Source: an uncultured Alphaproteobacteria bacterium
GTDB lineage: Bacteria; Pseudomonadota; Alphaproteobacteria; Rhizobiales; TMED25
Assembly (NCBI GenBank): GCA_938074435.1
Contig: CALJEH010000090.1
Coordinates: 1 to 52,439 of the forward strand
Length of the DNA stretch: 52,439 nt
Reading direction: 5' to 3'
The position numbers and the translations under genes were made by a program. Numbering within the stretch: position 1 is the first letter of the stretch; each line of letters starts with the position of its first letter. The notes below the pieces were generated by a model, which saw only the letters and a list, made by a program, of their open reading frames with translations, was not told where the DNA came from and ran no database searches. This document shows positions 15,257 through 23,837 of the stretch, piece by piece.

Positions 15257-16636
15257 TCAAATCATTTTTTTAGGATCAACCAATTCATCAAAGCTTTCTT
15301 CATCTATATATCCAGATTTTATTGCTTCTTCTTTGAGAGTAGTATTATTTTTGTGCGCTTTTTTTGCAAGTTCTGCAGCTTTATCGTAGCCAATATTAGG
15401 AGCTAAAGCGGTAACTAGCATAAGAGATCTATCAACATTCGCTTTTATATTGTCTTCACGTGGCTCAAGACCATCTAAACAATTTATTTCAAACGATTTA
15501 ACTGCGTCAGACATTAATTTAACTGATTGAAGGAAATTATAAGCCATCATGGGATTATATACGTTTAATTGGAAATGTCCTTGACTGCCAGCCATGGAAA
15601 TTCCAGTATTATTTCCAAAAATGTGGATACAAACTTGTGTTAATGATTCACATTGTGTTGGGTTTACTTTCCCAGGCATGATGGATGAGCCTGGTTCATT
15701 TTCTGGCAATGACAATTCACCTAGGCCAGCGCGTGGACCACTCCCAAGAAATCTTATATCATTGGCGATTTTGAATAGCGATGCAGCCACAGTATTAATA
15801 GCACCATGAGCCATAATCATCGCGTCATGCGCCGATAATGCTTCGAATTTATTTAGAGCAGTTGTAAAATTCTTATTTGTTAACTTAGATATTTCTCTTG
15901 CTATTTTTTCACCAAAATCTTTTGGTGCATTTAAACCCGTGCCAACAGCCGTACCACCCTGCGCAAGTTCCATTAATCTTGGCAATGTATTTTCAATTCT
16001 CTCTATTCCAAATTCAATTTGTTTTGCATAGCCTGAGAACTCTTGACCCAAAGTTAATGGTGTTGCGTCTTGTGTGTGTGTTCGACCAATTTTAATAATA
16101 TCATGCCATTTTTTTGATTTTTCATCTAATTTTTTTACGAATGATCTGAGATTGGGTATGAGTTGATCAATTATCTCTGTAGCACATGCAATATGCATTG
16201 CTGTTGGGTATGTGTCATTTGATGACTGGGACATATTGCAATGGTCATTTGGGTGCACAGGGGATTTTGATCCAATTTTACCTCCCATTATTTCTATTGC
16301 TCTGTTGGAGATCACCTCATTAGCATTCATGTTAGATTGAGTGCCTGATCCAGTTTGCCAAACAACAAGCGGAAAGTGATCATTCAGTTTGCCATCAATG
16401 ACTTCCTGTGCTGCTTTTATGATATTTTGTCCAATAGTTTTGTCCAGTTTTTTATAATCCATATTCACTTTTGCAGCTGCAGCTTTTACAACACCCAAAG
16501 CTTTTATTATTGAACTTGGTTGCTTTTCCCAGCCAATTTTAAAGTTTTGGATGGATCTTTGTGACTGCGCTCCCCAATACCTATCGTTATCAACTTCTAT
16601 TTCACCAAAGGTATCGGTTTCAATTCTTTTTTTCAT
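15257..16636 (-). CDS. fumC: Class II fumarate hydratase
   Basis: Signature [15 protein letters not shown]; 459 aa aspartase/fumarase fold. Confidence 0.95.
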   Translation of the reverse strand: MKKRIETDTFGEIEVDNDRYWGAQSQRSIQNFKIGWEKQPSSIIKALGVVKAAAAKVNMDYKKLDKTIGQNIIKAAQEVIDGKLNDHFPLVVWQTGSGTQSNMNANEVISNRAIEIMGGKIGSKSPVHPNDHCNMSQSSNDTYPTAMHIACATEIIDQLIPNLRSFVKKLDEKSKKWHDIIKIGRTHTQDATPLTLGQEFSGYAKQIEFGIERIENTLPRLMELAQGGTAVGTGLNAPKDFGEKIAREISKLTNKNFTTALNKFEALSAHDAMIMAHGAINTVAASLFKIANDIRFLGSGPRAGLGELSLPENEPGSSIMPGKVNPTQCESLTQVCIHIFGNNTGISMAGSQGHFQLNVYNPMMAYNFLQSVKLMSDAVKSFEINCLDGLEPREDNIKANVDRSLMLVTALAPNIGYDKAAELAKKAHKNNTTLKEEAIKSGYIDEESFDELVDPKKMI

Positions 16637-16655
16637 TTTTGCCTCATAATTTCAT

Positions 16656-17159
16656 TTATTTTTTAAATTCACTTAAAGAAACAATTTCTGCGGATCTTTT
16701 GTTCTCAGGTGTTATTCTTTTTTTTTGCATAGATGTTTCTCTATTGCCTATATTTGTTTTGTTCTCATCATTTTTGTTTTTTGTATTTGTAGTTACTTCA
16801 TTTTGTGCAAGAAAATCAATTCCAAAATTAACTGCTGGATCGTAAAAGCTTGAAATGGCTCCATATGGGATAGTAATTTTCTCAGGTATATTGTCAAAAT
16901 GAAGCGTTACCGAAAAATAATTTTCTTTTATTTCGAGATCTTGGAATTGATGTTGAAGCACTATAGTCATTTTATCCAGGAATTTTTCTTTTAATTTTGC
17001 AGGGATAATTACGTCTTTATTTTTCGTACTGAATGTTATGTAAAGATGATGTTCCCCTGGGATATGATTACTGTCTTTAATGAATGATAACACATCAATG
17101 AAAACATTAATCATTGCTTTATTCATTAGTTTATTATAACCAATCAAATCAGAATTCAT
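16656..17159 (-). CDS. sspB: Alphaproteobacterial SspB-type ClpXP adaptor
   Basis: PGEHHLYITF...MTIVLQHQFQDL...FSVTLHF...ITIPYGAISSFYDPAVNF matches the remembered SspB-alpha family pattern. Basic/acidic C-terminal tail. Directly downstream of ssrA. Confidence 0.75.
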   Translation of the reverse strand: MNSDLIGYNKLMNKAMINVFIDVLSFIKDSNHIPGEHHLYITFSTKNKDVIIPAKLKEKFLDKMTIVLQHQFQDLEIKENYFSVTLHFDNIPEKITIPYGAISSFYDPAVNFGIDFLAQNEVTTNTKNKNDENKTNIGNRETSMQKKRITPENKRSAEIVSLSEFKK

Positions 17160-17305
17160 GTGCTACACCATCGAAATTCTTTTAATTATTAAACAAAATT
17201 TCTTAAATTTAAATCATATATTTTTTTTAATCAGTGAAAAAATTGATAAATTCTACGCATTGACCATAACAAAAAATAACTTTGATGTAATTATTTGGTG
17301 GAGGT

Positions 17306-17336
17306 AAAAAGGGGCGTTCTGTTGCCAGGTGCCCCC
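17306..17336 (-). terminator. Rho-independent terminator of ssrA
   Basis: Minus strand reads GGGGC-ac-CUG-GCAA-CAG-aac-GCCCC followed by UUUUU, with a GNRA tetraloop. Confidence 0.6.
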
Positions 17337-17391
17337 ATACCCCGCCTTGGCTTGCTAGAGACAAGGGCTTAAGTTTCGGTGCTCAAGCTGA

Positions 17392-17430
17392 CTATGCAGC
17401 TACTGCGACCGGAGCATAGTTGTCATTTGC
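17392..17430 (-). other. tmRNA tag reading frame ANDNYAPVAVAA plus UAG
   Basis: GCA AAU GAC AAC UAU GCU CCG GUC GCA GUA GCU GCA UAG. The resume codon lies 84 nt after the mature 5' G. This is an AND-N...AA alphaproteobacterial-type tag. Confidence 0.8.
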
Positions 17431-17526
17431 AACTATAAGTTTAGCCCGATAACGGTGGTACTATACCGAGTAAAAGGTAGCCTTTTACGCTCTCGTCGAT
17501 CCTATTTCGCCCCCATCATAAATACA

Positions 17527-17676
17527 CTATTTGATTAGCTCTAATTTCTCCTGCCAAGCGTCTATGGAAATATCTTTTAGTTCCATTTCTTGGAGCATAA
17601 GAACACCTAAGAACGCCAAAATAACAATTACCTCTAATCCAATAGCGATTTTAATAATATCTTTTATTTTTTGCAT
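17527..17676 (-). CDS. Candidate 49-aa single-pass membrane peptide nested in the ssrA intervening segment
   Basis: AAGG (17687-17684), 7-nt spacer, ATG at 17676, 49 codons, TAG at 17529-17527. Product MQKIKDIIKIAIGLEVIVILAFLGVLMLQEMELKDISIDAWQEKLELIK has one hydrophobic helix and an acidic tail. Confidence 0.4.
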   Translation of the reverse strand: MQKIKDIIKIAIGLEVIVILAFLGVLMLQEMELKDISIDAWQEKLELIK

Positions 17677-17698
17677 TCTATTACCTTTAATGTATTTA

Positions 17699-17771
17699 TG
17701 GTGGAGGCGCCGGGTACCGCCCCCGGGTCCGATAAGTTTATTTTGACGCCAATTTATTACCATAGCTCGAA
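17699..17771 (-). ncRNA. ssrA: tmRNA acceptor piece (P2 3' strand, T-arm, 3' acceptor strand, encoded CCA)
   Basis: UCGGAC box, T-stem CCGGG/CCCGG, acceptor strand CGCCUCC, discriminator A, CCA ending at 17699. The 5' end is guessed from a TATAAT at 17783->17778. Confidence 0.7.
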
Positions 17772-17791
17772 AGCACTATTATAATAGTGCT
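17772..17791. promoter_or_regulatory. Perfect 20-bp palindrome AGCACTATTATAATAGTGCT between divergent ssrA and thyA
   Basis: The sequence is exactly self-complementary. Its centre reads TATAAT on both strands (plus 17780-17785, minus 17783->17778). Weak -35-like hexamers flank it (TTACCA 17757-17762 on plus; TTTAGA 17805->17800 on minus). Confidence 0.45.
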
Positions 17792-17868
17792 AATTAACAT
17801 CTAAAGAAAGTCTATAATAAAATTATTTCTCACTTCATATAGCGCAATGAATCAGTCATAATTTACCA

Positions 17869-18663
17869 ATGCTAGATTATTTAGAACTTTTGGACCATAT
17901 TTTACAAAACGGTGAGAGTAAAAATGATAGAACAGGCACCGGTACCTTATCAATATTTGGTTACCAGATGCGTTTTGATTTATCAAAAGGGTTCCCATTG
18001 GTAACAACGAAAAAGCTGCACATCAGGTCAATAGTTTATGAATTACTTTGGTTTTTATCTGGAGATACTAATATCAGATACTTAAATGATAATGGCGTAT
18101 CGATCTGGAATGAATGGGCAGATAATAATGGTGATTTAGGTCCTGTCTATGGCAAGCAATGGCGTTCTTGGTCTGCACCTAACAATGAAACTATTGATCA
18201 AATTTCGAATTTATTAGTAAATATTAGAGAAAATCCAGACTCAAGGCGTCATATTATATCTGCATGGAATGTCAGCGATGTAGAAAATATGGCGCTTCCT
18301 CCTTGTCATTGTTTATTTCAGTTTTATGTATCAAATAATAAGCTGAGTTGCCACTTATACCAGAGGTCAGCAGATGTATTTCTGGGTGTGCCATTTAATA
18401 TTGCATCGTATGCGCTTTTAACACACATGATTGCACATGTATCCAATTTAAATGTTGGTGATTTTGTTCATACTTTTGGTGACGCTCATATATATACAAA
18501 CCATATTGAGCAAGTTAAATTGCAACTCCAAAGAAAACCGATGAATTTACCAAAAATAGAGCTAAATAGTAGTGTAAATAATTTATTTGATTTCCAATAT
18601 GAAGATATCAAAATAATTGATTATCAGTCTCATCCGCACATTAAAGCAAAAGTTGCCGTATGA
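17869..18663 (+). CDS. thyA: Thymidylate synthase (ThyA type)
   Basis: [12 protein letters not shown] and [21 protein letters not shown] motifs; 264 aa. Confidence 0.95.
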   Translation: MLDYLELLDHILQNGESKNDRTGTGTLSIFGYQMRFDLSKGFPLVTTKKLHIRSIVYELLWFLSGDTNIRYLNDNGVSIWNEWADNNGDLGPVYGKQWRSWSAPNNETIDQISNLLVNIRENPDSRRHIISAWNVSDVENMALPPCHCLFQFYVSNNKLSCHLYQRSADVFLGVPFNIASYALLTHMIAHVSNLNVGDFVHTFGDAHIYTNHIEQVKLQLQRKPMNLPKIELNSSVNNLFDFQYEDIKIIDYQSHPHIKAKVAV

Positions 18664-19169
18664 TGTTAATTTCACTAATTGTTGCACACTCCGCAAATAG
18701 AGCTATTGGTATAAATGGTCAATTACCCTGGCACATACCTGATGACCTTAGGTACTTCAAAGCAATAACTACTGGCAAACCTATAATCATGGGAAGAAAG
18801 ACATTTGAGTCAATTGGGAAGCCGCTACCTGAAAGATTAAATATAGTCATTACAACAAATGTTGATCTTACAATTGAGAACTGTTTGGTAGTTAATAATT
18901 TAGAAAATGCAATTTTGGAAGCACAAAATTTTTATAAAACTAAGGCAACCGAACAAAAAGAAATATTTATTATCGGTGGTGCTCAAATTTTTAAACAATC
19001 GATGAAATTTGCAAACAGAATATATATAACAGAGATTCATACAGAATATGCAGGAGATGTGTTCTTTGAAGAATTAAGAAGTGACGATTGGGTAGAGGTC
19101 AGCAGAGATATACATAATTCTGAAAATGATATAATTCCATTTTCTTTTGTTTTATATGAAAAAAAATAG
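18660..19169 (+). CDS. folA: Dihydrofolate reductase
   Basis: [38 protein letters not shown] and IIGGAQIF motifs. ATGA overlap with thyA. Confidence 0.9.
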   Translation: MMLISLIVAHSANRAIGINGQLPWHIPDDLRYFKAITTGKPIIMGRKTFESIGKPLPERLNIVITTNVDLTIENCLVVNNLENAILEAQNFYKTKATEQKEIFIIGGAQIFKQSMKFANRIYITEIHTEYAGDVFFEELRSDDWVEVSRDIHNSENDIIPFSFVLYEKK

Positions 19170-19273
19170 AAATATTTATTTAGATCTATTTTTGTTGAAA
19201 GACTTTAAATTAATTTACAGAGTTACTATCTTATAATAGGGTGATCTGTAATAATTCAAGAGGAAAACTATTA

Positions 19274-20374
19274 ATGTCATGGGACAACAACAATAATAAC
19301 GGTCCATGGGGTAAAGGACCAAGCGGTGGTAATTTTGACAATAATGATTTAGATAAATTAATCACTAATTTAAAAAATAGCTTTGGTAGATTTTCACCAA
19401 AATCACCAAATGGAAAAGTAAGTAAAAAGAACTGGGTATTAATCGTATTAATTGCTTTAGCAATTTGGGGCGCCACAGGTGTATATAGAGTGCAACCTGA
19501 TGAACAAGGTATAGTACTCCGTTTTGGTGAATACATTCGTTCAACTTCAGATGGTCTTCATTACCATCTTCCATTTCCAATTGAAACAGTTTTAAAGCCT
19601 AAAGTTACAAGAGAAAATCAAGTAGAAGTTGGAATAAGGACATCAAGTCAGGCTGCGGTTGGAAGAGGTACGGTTGGTAGAGATGTTCCTGAGGAAAGTC
19701 TAATGCTAACAGGCGATGAAAATATTGTTGATGTGGACTTCTCAGTTCAATGGGTAATTAATGATGCAGCTGATTTCCTATTCAACATTGAAAATCAAGA
19801 GTCTACTGTTAAGGCAGTGGCAGAAAGTGCTATGAGAGAAATAGTAGGCGGCGCAGATCTTGAACAGATCCTCACTCAAGGAAGAGAAAGAAATGAATCA
19901 GCAGTTCGAGACTTGATGCAGAAAACACTAGATGAGTATGGTGCTGGTATCTTGATAAGACGTGTTCAACTTCAAAAAGTAGATCCACCTTCTGCGGTCA
20001 TTGATGCATTCAGAGATGTTCAAGCTGCACGAGCTGATCAGGAGAGACTGAGAAATGAAGCTGAAGCATACTCAAATAGAATTATTCCAGCTGCAAGAGG
20101 GGAGGCTGCTCAATTAACAGAAGCCGCAGCAGCATATAAAAATTCAGTCATAGCCGATGCAGAAGGTCAAGCTTCAAGATTTAACGCAATATATGAAGAA
20201 TATTCGAAAGCTCCTGAAGTTACAAGATATCGTATGTATTTAGAAACAATCGAGAGAGTTTATGCTGGAATGGACAAGATAATCATTGATCAAAGTGGTG
20301 AAAGTTCAAATGTTGTTCCATATTTACCTTTGGATCAATTACAAAAGAAACAAGATAATGGGGCGAATCAATGA
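19274..20374 (+). CDS. hflK: FtsH protease modulator HflK (SPFH domain)
   Basis: Gly/Asn-rich N-terminus, one TM segment, SPFH domain, coiled-coil region (RADQERLRNEAEAY). Start moved to ATG 19274, behind AGAGGAAAA; the tracked start at 19241 has no SD. Confidence 0.85.
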   Translation: MSWDNNNNNGPWGKGPSGGNFDNNDLDKLITNLKNSFGRFSPKSPNGKVSKKNWVLIVLIALAIWGATGVYRVQPDEQGIVLRFGEYIRSTSDGLHYHLPFPIETVLKPKVTRENQVEVGIRTSSQAAVGRGTVGRDVPEESLMLTGDENIVDVDFSVQWVINDAADFLFNIENQESTVKAVAESAMREIVGGADLEQILTQGRERNESAVRDLMQKTLDEYGAGILIRRVQLQKVDPPSAVIDAFRDVQAARADQERLRNEAEAYSNRIIPAARGEAAQLTEAAAAYKNSVIADAEGQASRFNAIYEEYSKAPEVTRYRMYLETIERVYAGMDKIIIDQSGESSNVVPYLPLDQLQKKQDNGANQ

Positions 20375-21249
20375 TTAAGAAAATTGGAATAACTGGACTT
20401 ATAATTTTAGTCATCGCTTCTGTTTTTGTATTTCTTAGTGCTGCATTTACAGTGCATCAAACACAACAAGCATTAATACTCAGGTTTGGTGAAGCAATTA
20501 GAATCGTAACAGAACCAGGTTTACACTTCAAAATGCCAATTGCGGATGATGCAGTGTATATAGATAAGAGAATTTTAGACTTGGATTCTGAATCACAAGA
20601 GGTAATTGCATCTGATCAAAAAAGATTGGTCGTTGACGCATATTCTAGATACAAAATAACTGATGCATTAAAATATTATCAATCTGTACAGACATCAACT
20701 AGAGCCAATGCTAGACTTTCCCAAATTTTAAATTCTGCTGTTCGTAGGGTATTAGGTGAATCTACATTTGAAGAAATTGTAAGAGATAAGCGTCCTGAAC
20801 TTATGAAAATTATAACTGAACAAGTAAATAATGAAGCCGCTGCTCTTGGAATGTCAATAGTTGATGTGCGTATTAGACGTGCTGATTTGCCAGAGGCAAA
20901 CAGTCAAGCCGTTTACATGCGTATGCAAACAGCTAGATCAAAAGAGGCAAATGATATAAGGGCTAGAGGTCAAGAACAAGCAAAGATTATCACATCAAGA
21001 TCTGACAAAGAGGCGAAGATAATTATAGCAGAAGCAAATAAAATATCTGAAATTACTCGTGGTGAAGGTGATGCTGGAAGAAATAAAATCTATGCTGAAT
21101 CTTATGGACAGGATCCAGAGTTTTTTAAATTTTATAGATCAATGGTTGCTTATGAAGAGAGTCTTAAATCTGGTGATACAAGATTAGTTATTTCACCTGA
21201 CACTGACTTCTTTTCTTATTTTAAAGACCCGCTTGGCTCAAATAAATAA
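20371..21249 (+). CDS. hflC: FtsH protease modulator HflC (SPFH domain)
   Basis: N-terminal TM segment plus SPFH domain; 4-nt overlap with hflK. Confidence 0.85.
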   Translation: MIKKIGITGLIILVIASVFVFLSAAFTVHQTQQALILRFGEAIRIVTEPGLHFKMPIADDAVYIDKRILDLDSESQEVIASDQKRLVVDAYSRYKITDALKYYQSVQTSTRANARLSQILNSAVRRVLGESTFEEIVRDKRPELMKIITEQVNNEAAALGMSIVDVRIRRADLPEANSQAVYMRMQTARSKEANDIRARGQEQAKIITSRSDKEAKIIIAEANKISEITRGEGDAGRNKIYAESYGQDPEFFKFYRSMVAYEESLKSGDTRLVISPDTDFFSYFKDPLGSNK

Positions 21250-21428
21250 TGGAAATATTTATTCTTGCACTTGCAATTTTCTTATTGTTTGAAGGAGCAA
21301 TGTATGCATTTTTTCCTGAACAAACAAAAAAGATACTATCAACCTTAATGGCAATGGACCCTAATAACCTCAGAGTATTTGGTTTGGTCATGGTCTCTAT
21401 CGGCGTATTATTGTTATGGATAGTATGA
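21249..21428 (+). CDS. DUF2065 (YjeT-like) small membrane protein (59 aa, not in the ORF track)
   Basis: Read by hand: MEIFILALAIFLLFEGAMYAFFPEQTKKILSTLMAMDPNNLRVFGLVMVSIGVLLLWIV. TAATG overlap with the hflC stop. hflKC-DUF2065 is a common arrangement. Confidence 0.7.
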   Translation: MEIFILALAIFLLFEGAMYAFFPEQTKKILSTLMAMDPNNLRVFGLVMVSIGVLLLWIV

Positions 21429-21497
21429 GAACATAATTTTGACAAAATCTTTTAATATTTTTAGCTATAAAATATCTGTGAAAGGATTAATTATACA

Positions 21498-22934
21498 ATG
21501 TTTACCCGCAAGCAATCATTATTTTATATAACAATTTTTACTTTTTTATTAACTTTTCCAGTAGGTGCTAAAGCCTACCCAGATTTTTCGGAGATAGCAA
21601 GTAAGTATGCTGACTCAGTCGTAAATATTTCAACAAAGCAGACGGTCAATAATAATGAAATGTTTCAAGGACTAGATCCTGATGAAATTCCTGATGTTTT
21701 TAGGGATTGGTATGAAAAAAATAAGAACTCACAACAACAGCAAGTACCCAGTTCTTTGGGCTCAGGATTTGTAATAGATGATGATGGGATCATTTTAACA
21801 AATGCTCATGTAATACAAAATGCAGACGAAATAGATGTAATATTTTCAGATGGAATTGTTTTACCAGCTGAGCTGTTAGGTAAAGATACTAAAACAGATT
21901 TAGCAGTGCTCAGAATTGATCCAGAGCCAGGTCAAGAATTGCTAGCTTTAGAGTTTGGTGACTCAGATAATATAAAAGTAGGGGAATGGGTTATGGCTAT
22001 AGGGAACCCTTTTGGATTAGGTGGAACTGTCACAGCAGGTATTGTATCAGCTAAAAACAGAGATATAAGATCAGGTCCATATGATAACTTTATCCAGACA
22101 GATGCAGCAATCAACAGAGGTAATAGTGGTGGACCATTATTCAGTGCTGATGGTAAAGTTGTCGGCATAAACTCTGCAATTATATCAACTACAGGTGGAT
22201 CAGTTGGTATTGGATTCGCTATCCCTTCTAATACAGCAACATCTGTCATAGATCAACTTATTGAATATGGAGAAACTAGACGTGGATGGTTGGGTGTTCG
22301 AATTCAAGAGGTATCAGATGATATCGCACAAAGCTTGGGATTAGATGAATCAAGGGGTGCATTGGTTGTTGCAGTTGATGAAAGTGGTCCAGCTAAGCCA
22401 GCAGGCATTAAATCCGGGGATGTGATTCTTAATTTTGATAATCAACCTATTAACACAATGAGAGAATTACCGCGAATTGTTGCTGAAACAAAAATTGGGA
22501 AAAAAGTAAAAGTTGAAGTTTGGAGGAATAATAATTCTATAACAAAGTATGTTGTCATAGATAGGCTTAATGAAGGTGACATAATTGCATCAATCGAAGA
22601 TGAACCAGTTACAAATTCAGCCAGCTCCACAAGCTTAGATCTAGGATTTTCTCTAAGTACACTTTCTGATGATTTATCAAAAAAATATAATTTGAATGAT
22701 AAGCAAAAGGGACTAGTTGTAACAGAAATTGATTCACAATCAGATGCTTTTATAAGGGGTCTTCGTGAAGGAGATCTCATAAACATTATAAATGAGCAAG
22801 ACCTGTATAGTGTGGATCAATTTCTAAGAATCATAGAAAAATATCGTAGGGCTGATAGAGACCTAATGCTCATTAAAGCTATACGCGGTCAAAATATGAT
22901 AAGAGTTTTTCCAATAAAAGTATCAAACGACTAA
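21498..22934 (+). CDS. Periplasmic serine endoprotease DegP/DegQ family with two PDZ domains
   Basis: Signal peptide; catalytic motifs TNAHV, TDLAVL, GNSGGPL; two PDZ-like regions. Confidence 0.9.
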   Translation: MFTRKQSLFYITIFTFLLTFPVGAKAYPDFSEIASKYADSVVNISTKQTVNNNEMFQGLDPDEIPDVFRDWYEKNKNSQQQQVPSSLGSGFVIDDDGIILTNAHVIQNADEIDVIFSDGIVLPAELLGKDTKTDLAVLRIDPEPGQELLALEFGDSDNIKVGEWVMAIGNPFGLGGTVTAGIVSAKNRDIRSGPYDNFIQTDAAINRGNSGGPLFSADGKVVGINSAIISTTGGSVGIGFAIPSNTATSVIDQLIEYGETRRGWLGVRIQEVSDDIAQSLGLDESRGALVVAVDESGPAKPAGIKSGDVILNFDNQPINTMRELPRIVAETKIGKKVKVEVWRNNNSITKYVVIDRLNEGDIIASIEDEPVTNSASSTSLDLGFSLSTLSDDLSKKYNLNDKQKGLVVTEIDSQSDAFIRGLREGDLINIINEQDLYSVDQFLRIIEKYRRADRDLMLIKAIRGQNMIRVFPIKVSND

Positions 22935-23809
22935 TATATGATATCGGCCTCTTTTAGGCCGATAAAAAATAAGATGCTCGATAGATTTGTGTTATTAATC
23001 TGCGCGTTTGCTCTATTTTTTAATATATTCTTCCCGTAATATGAAACGCCGAGTGCTGAATTACTAATCATCTCAACATCGTTTGCACCATCACCAACAG
23101 AGACCACATCATGTCTATTAATATTCAACTTTTGAGTTATCTTATCTAAGATGTATCTTTTTCCTTTACCATCTATGACTGGGGGGAAAATCTTTCCAGT
23201 GATTATGTTGTCTAGAATTTCAAGCTTATTCGCATAGTTCTCTCTAAAACCAAGTTTCTTTGATAATTTATCAGTAAAGTATGTAAAACCACCTGATACA
23301 AGAACTGTATATATATCCCTCTTACAAAGATTTTTAAGAAGTATCTCGGCTCCATCATTTAGCTCAATATTTAAGTAAATTTTATCAAGCACATTAGCAT
23401 CCATACCCTTTAATAAACCAACTCTTTCAATAAATGCTTCTGTGAAACTTATCTCACCATTCATTGATTTTTCTGTAATTAGACTGACCTCTTCGCGCAC
23501 ACCAGCATAATGAGCCAATTCATCGATACACTCTTGTTTGATGATTGTTGAGTCCATATCAGAGAGGAAAAGTTTTTTATTTCTATTCAGAGTTTCCTGA
23601 ATTGCCCAATCAAACTTGTTTTGATCAAGGTATATGAATAAGTTTGGATCTATTTTTGCTGTTTTATCTTCAAAGTATAGGTCACACGCTAACTCCCTTT
23701 TTAACCATGTATTTGTTGTCTTTGTATTTATCAAGTCTTGAATTGCTTCAAAACTATTATTTGATATTATATTATTTTCATTAGATACAATGGTAAGTAC
23801 TTTTTTCAT
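22931..23809 (-). CDS. serB: Phosphoserine phosphatase (HAD family)
   Basis: HAD motifs LSDMDSTII, VSGGF, GDGANDVEM; N-terminal ACT-like extension. Confidence 0.8.
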   Translation of the reverse strand: MKKVLTIVSNENNIISNNSFEAIQDLINTKTTNTWLKRELACDLYFEDKTAKIDPNLFIYLDQNKFDWAIQETLNRNKKLFLSDMDSTIIKQECIDELAHYAGVREEVSLITEKSMNGEISFTEAFIERVGLLKGMDANVLDKIYLNIELNDGAEILLKNLCKRDIYTVLVSGGFTYFTDKLSKKLGFRENYANKLEILDNIITGKIFPPVIDGKGKRYILDKITQKLNINRHDVVSVGDGANDVEMISNSALGVSYYGKNILKNRANAQINNTNLSSILFFIGLKEADIIY

Positions 23810-23837
23810 TTTTTCATTTATTAAGAGATCACGGTAG

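Larger units (their letters stand above)
17303..17514 (-). ncRNA. ssrA: tmRNA coding piece (5' acceptor strand, PK1 region, tag ORF, 3' helices and terminator)
   Basis: Starts GGGGGCGAAAUAGGAUCGACGAGAGCG, which aligns with the E. coli tmRNA 5' end GGGGCUGAUUCUGGAUUCGACGGG. Contains the hairpin GUAAAAGG-cua-CCUUUUAC. Confidence 0.8.
17303..17771 (-). ncRNA. ssrA: Circularly permuted (two-piece) tmRNA gene: acceptor piece, intervening segment, coding piece
   Basis: On the minus strand, ...UCGGACCCGGGGGCGGUACCCGGCGCCUCCACCA (17737->17699) comes first. After 184 nt comes GGGGGCGAAAUAGGAUCGACG (from 17514). GGGGGCG pairs with CGCCUCC over 7 bp with a G3:U pair. The tag frame reads ANDNYAPVAVAA*. 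A terminator hairpin and U-run end the gene. The outer 5' and 3' ends are approximate. Confidence 0.85.

Noticed and set aside
17296-17514. Reading the locus as a conventional one-piece tmRNA ending at the downstream CCUCCACCA
   Set aside because: No T-arm abuts that CCA. The preceding hairpin has a 15-nt loop and is separated from it by UUUUUA. The would-be acceptor strand UACCUCC pairs with GGGGGCG at only 5 of 7 positions. The upstream acceptor piece pairs perfectly.
17527-17763. Tracked 78-aa ORF (MVINWRQNKLIGPGGGTRRLHHKYIKGNRMQK...)
   Set aside because: Its first 29 codons simply read through the GC-rich T-arm and acceptor strand of the tmRNA acceptor piece. Only the SD-preceded 49-codon part from ATG 17676 is considered a candidate gene.
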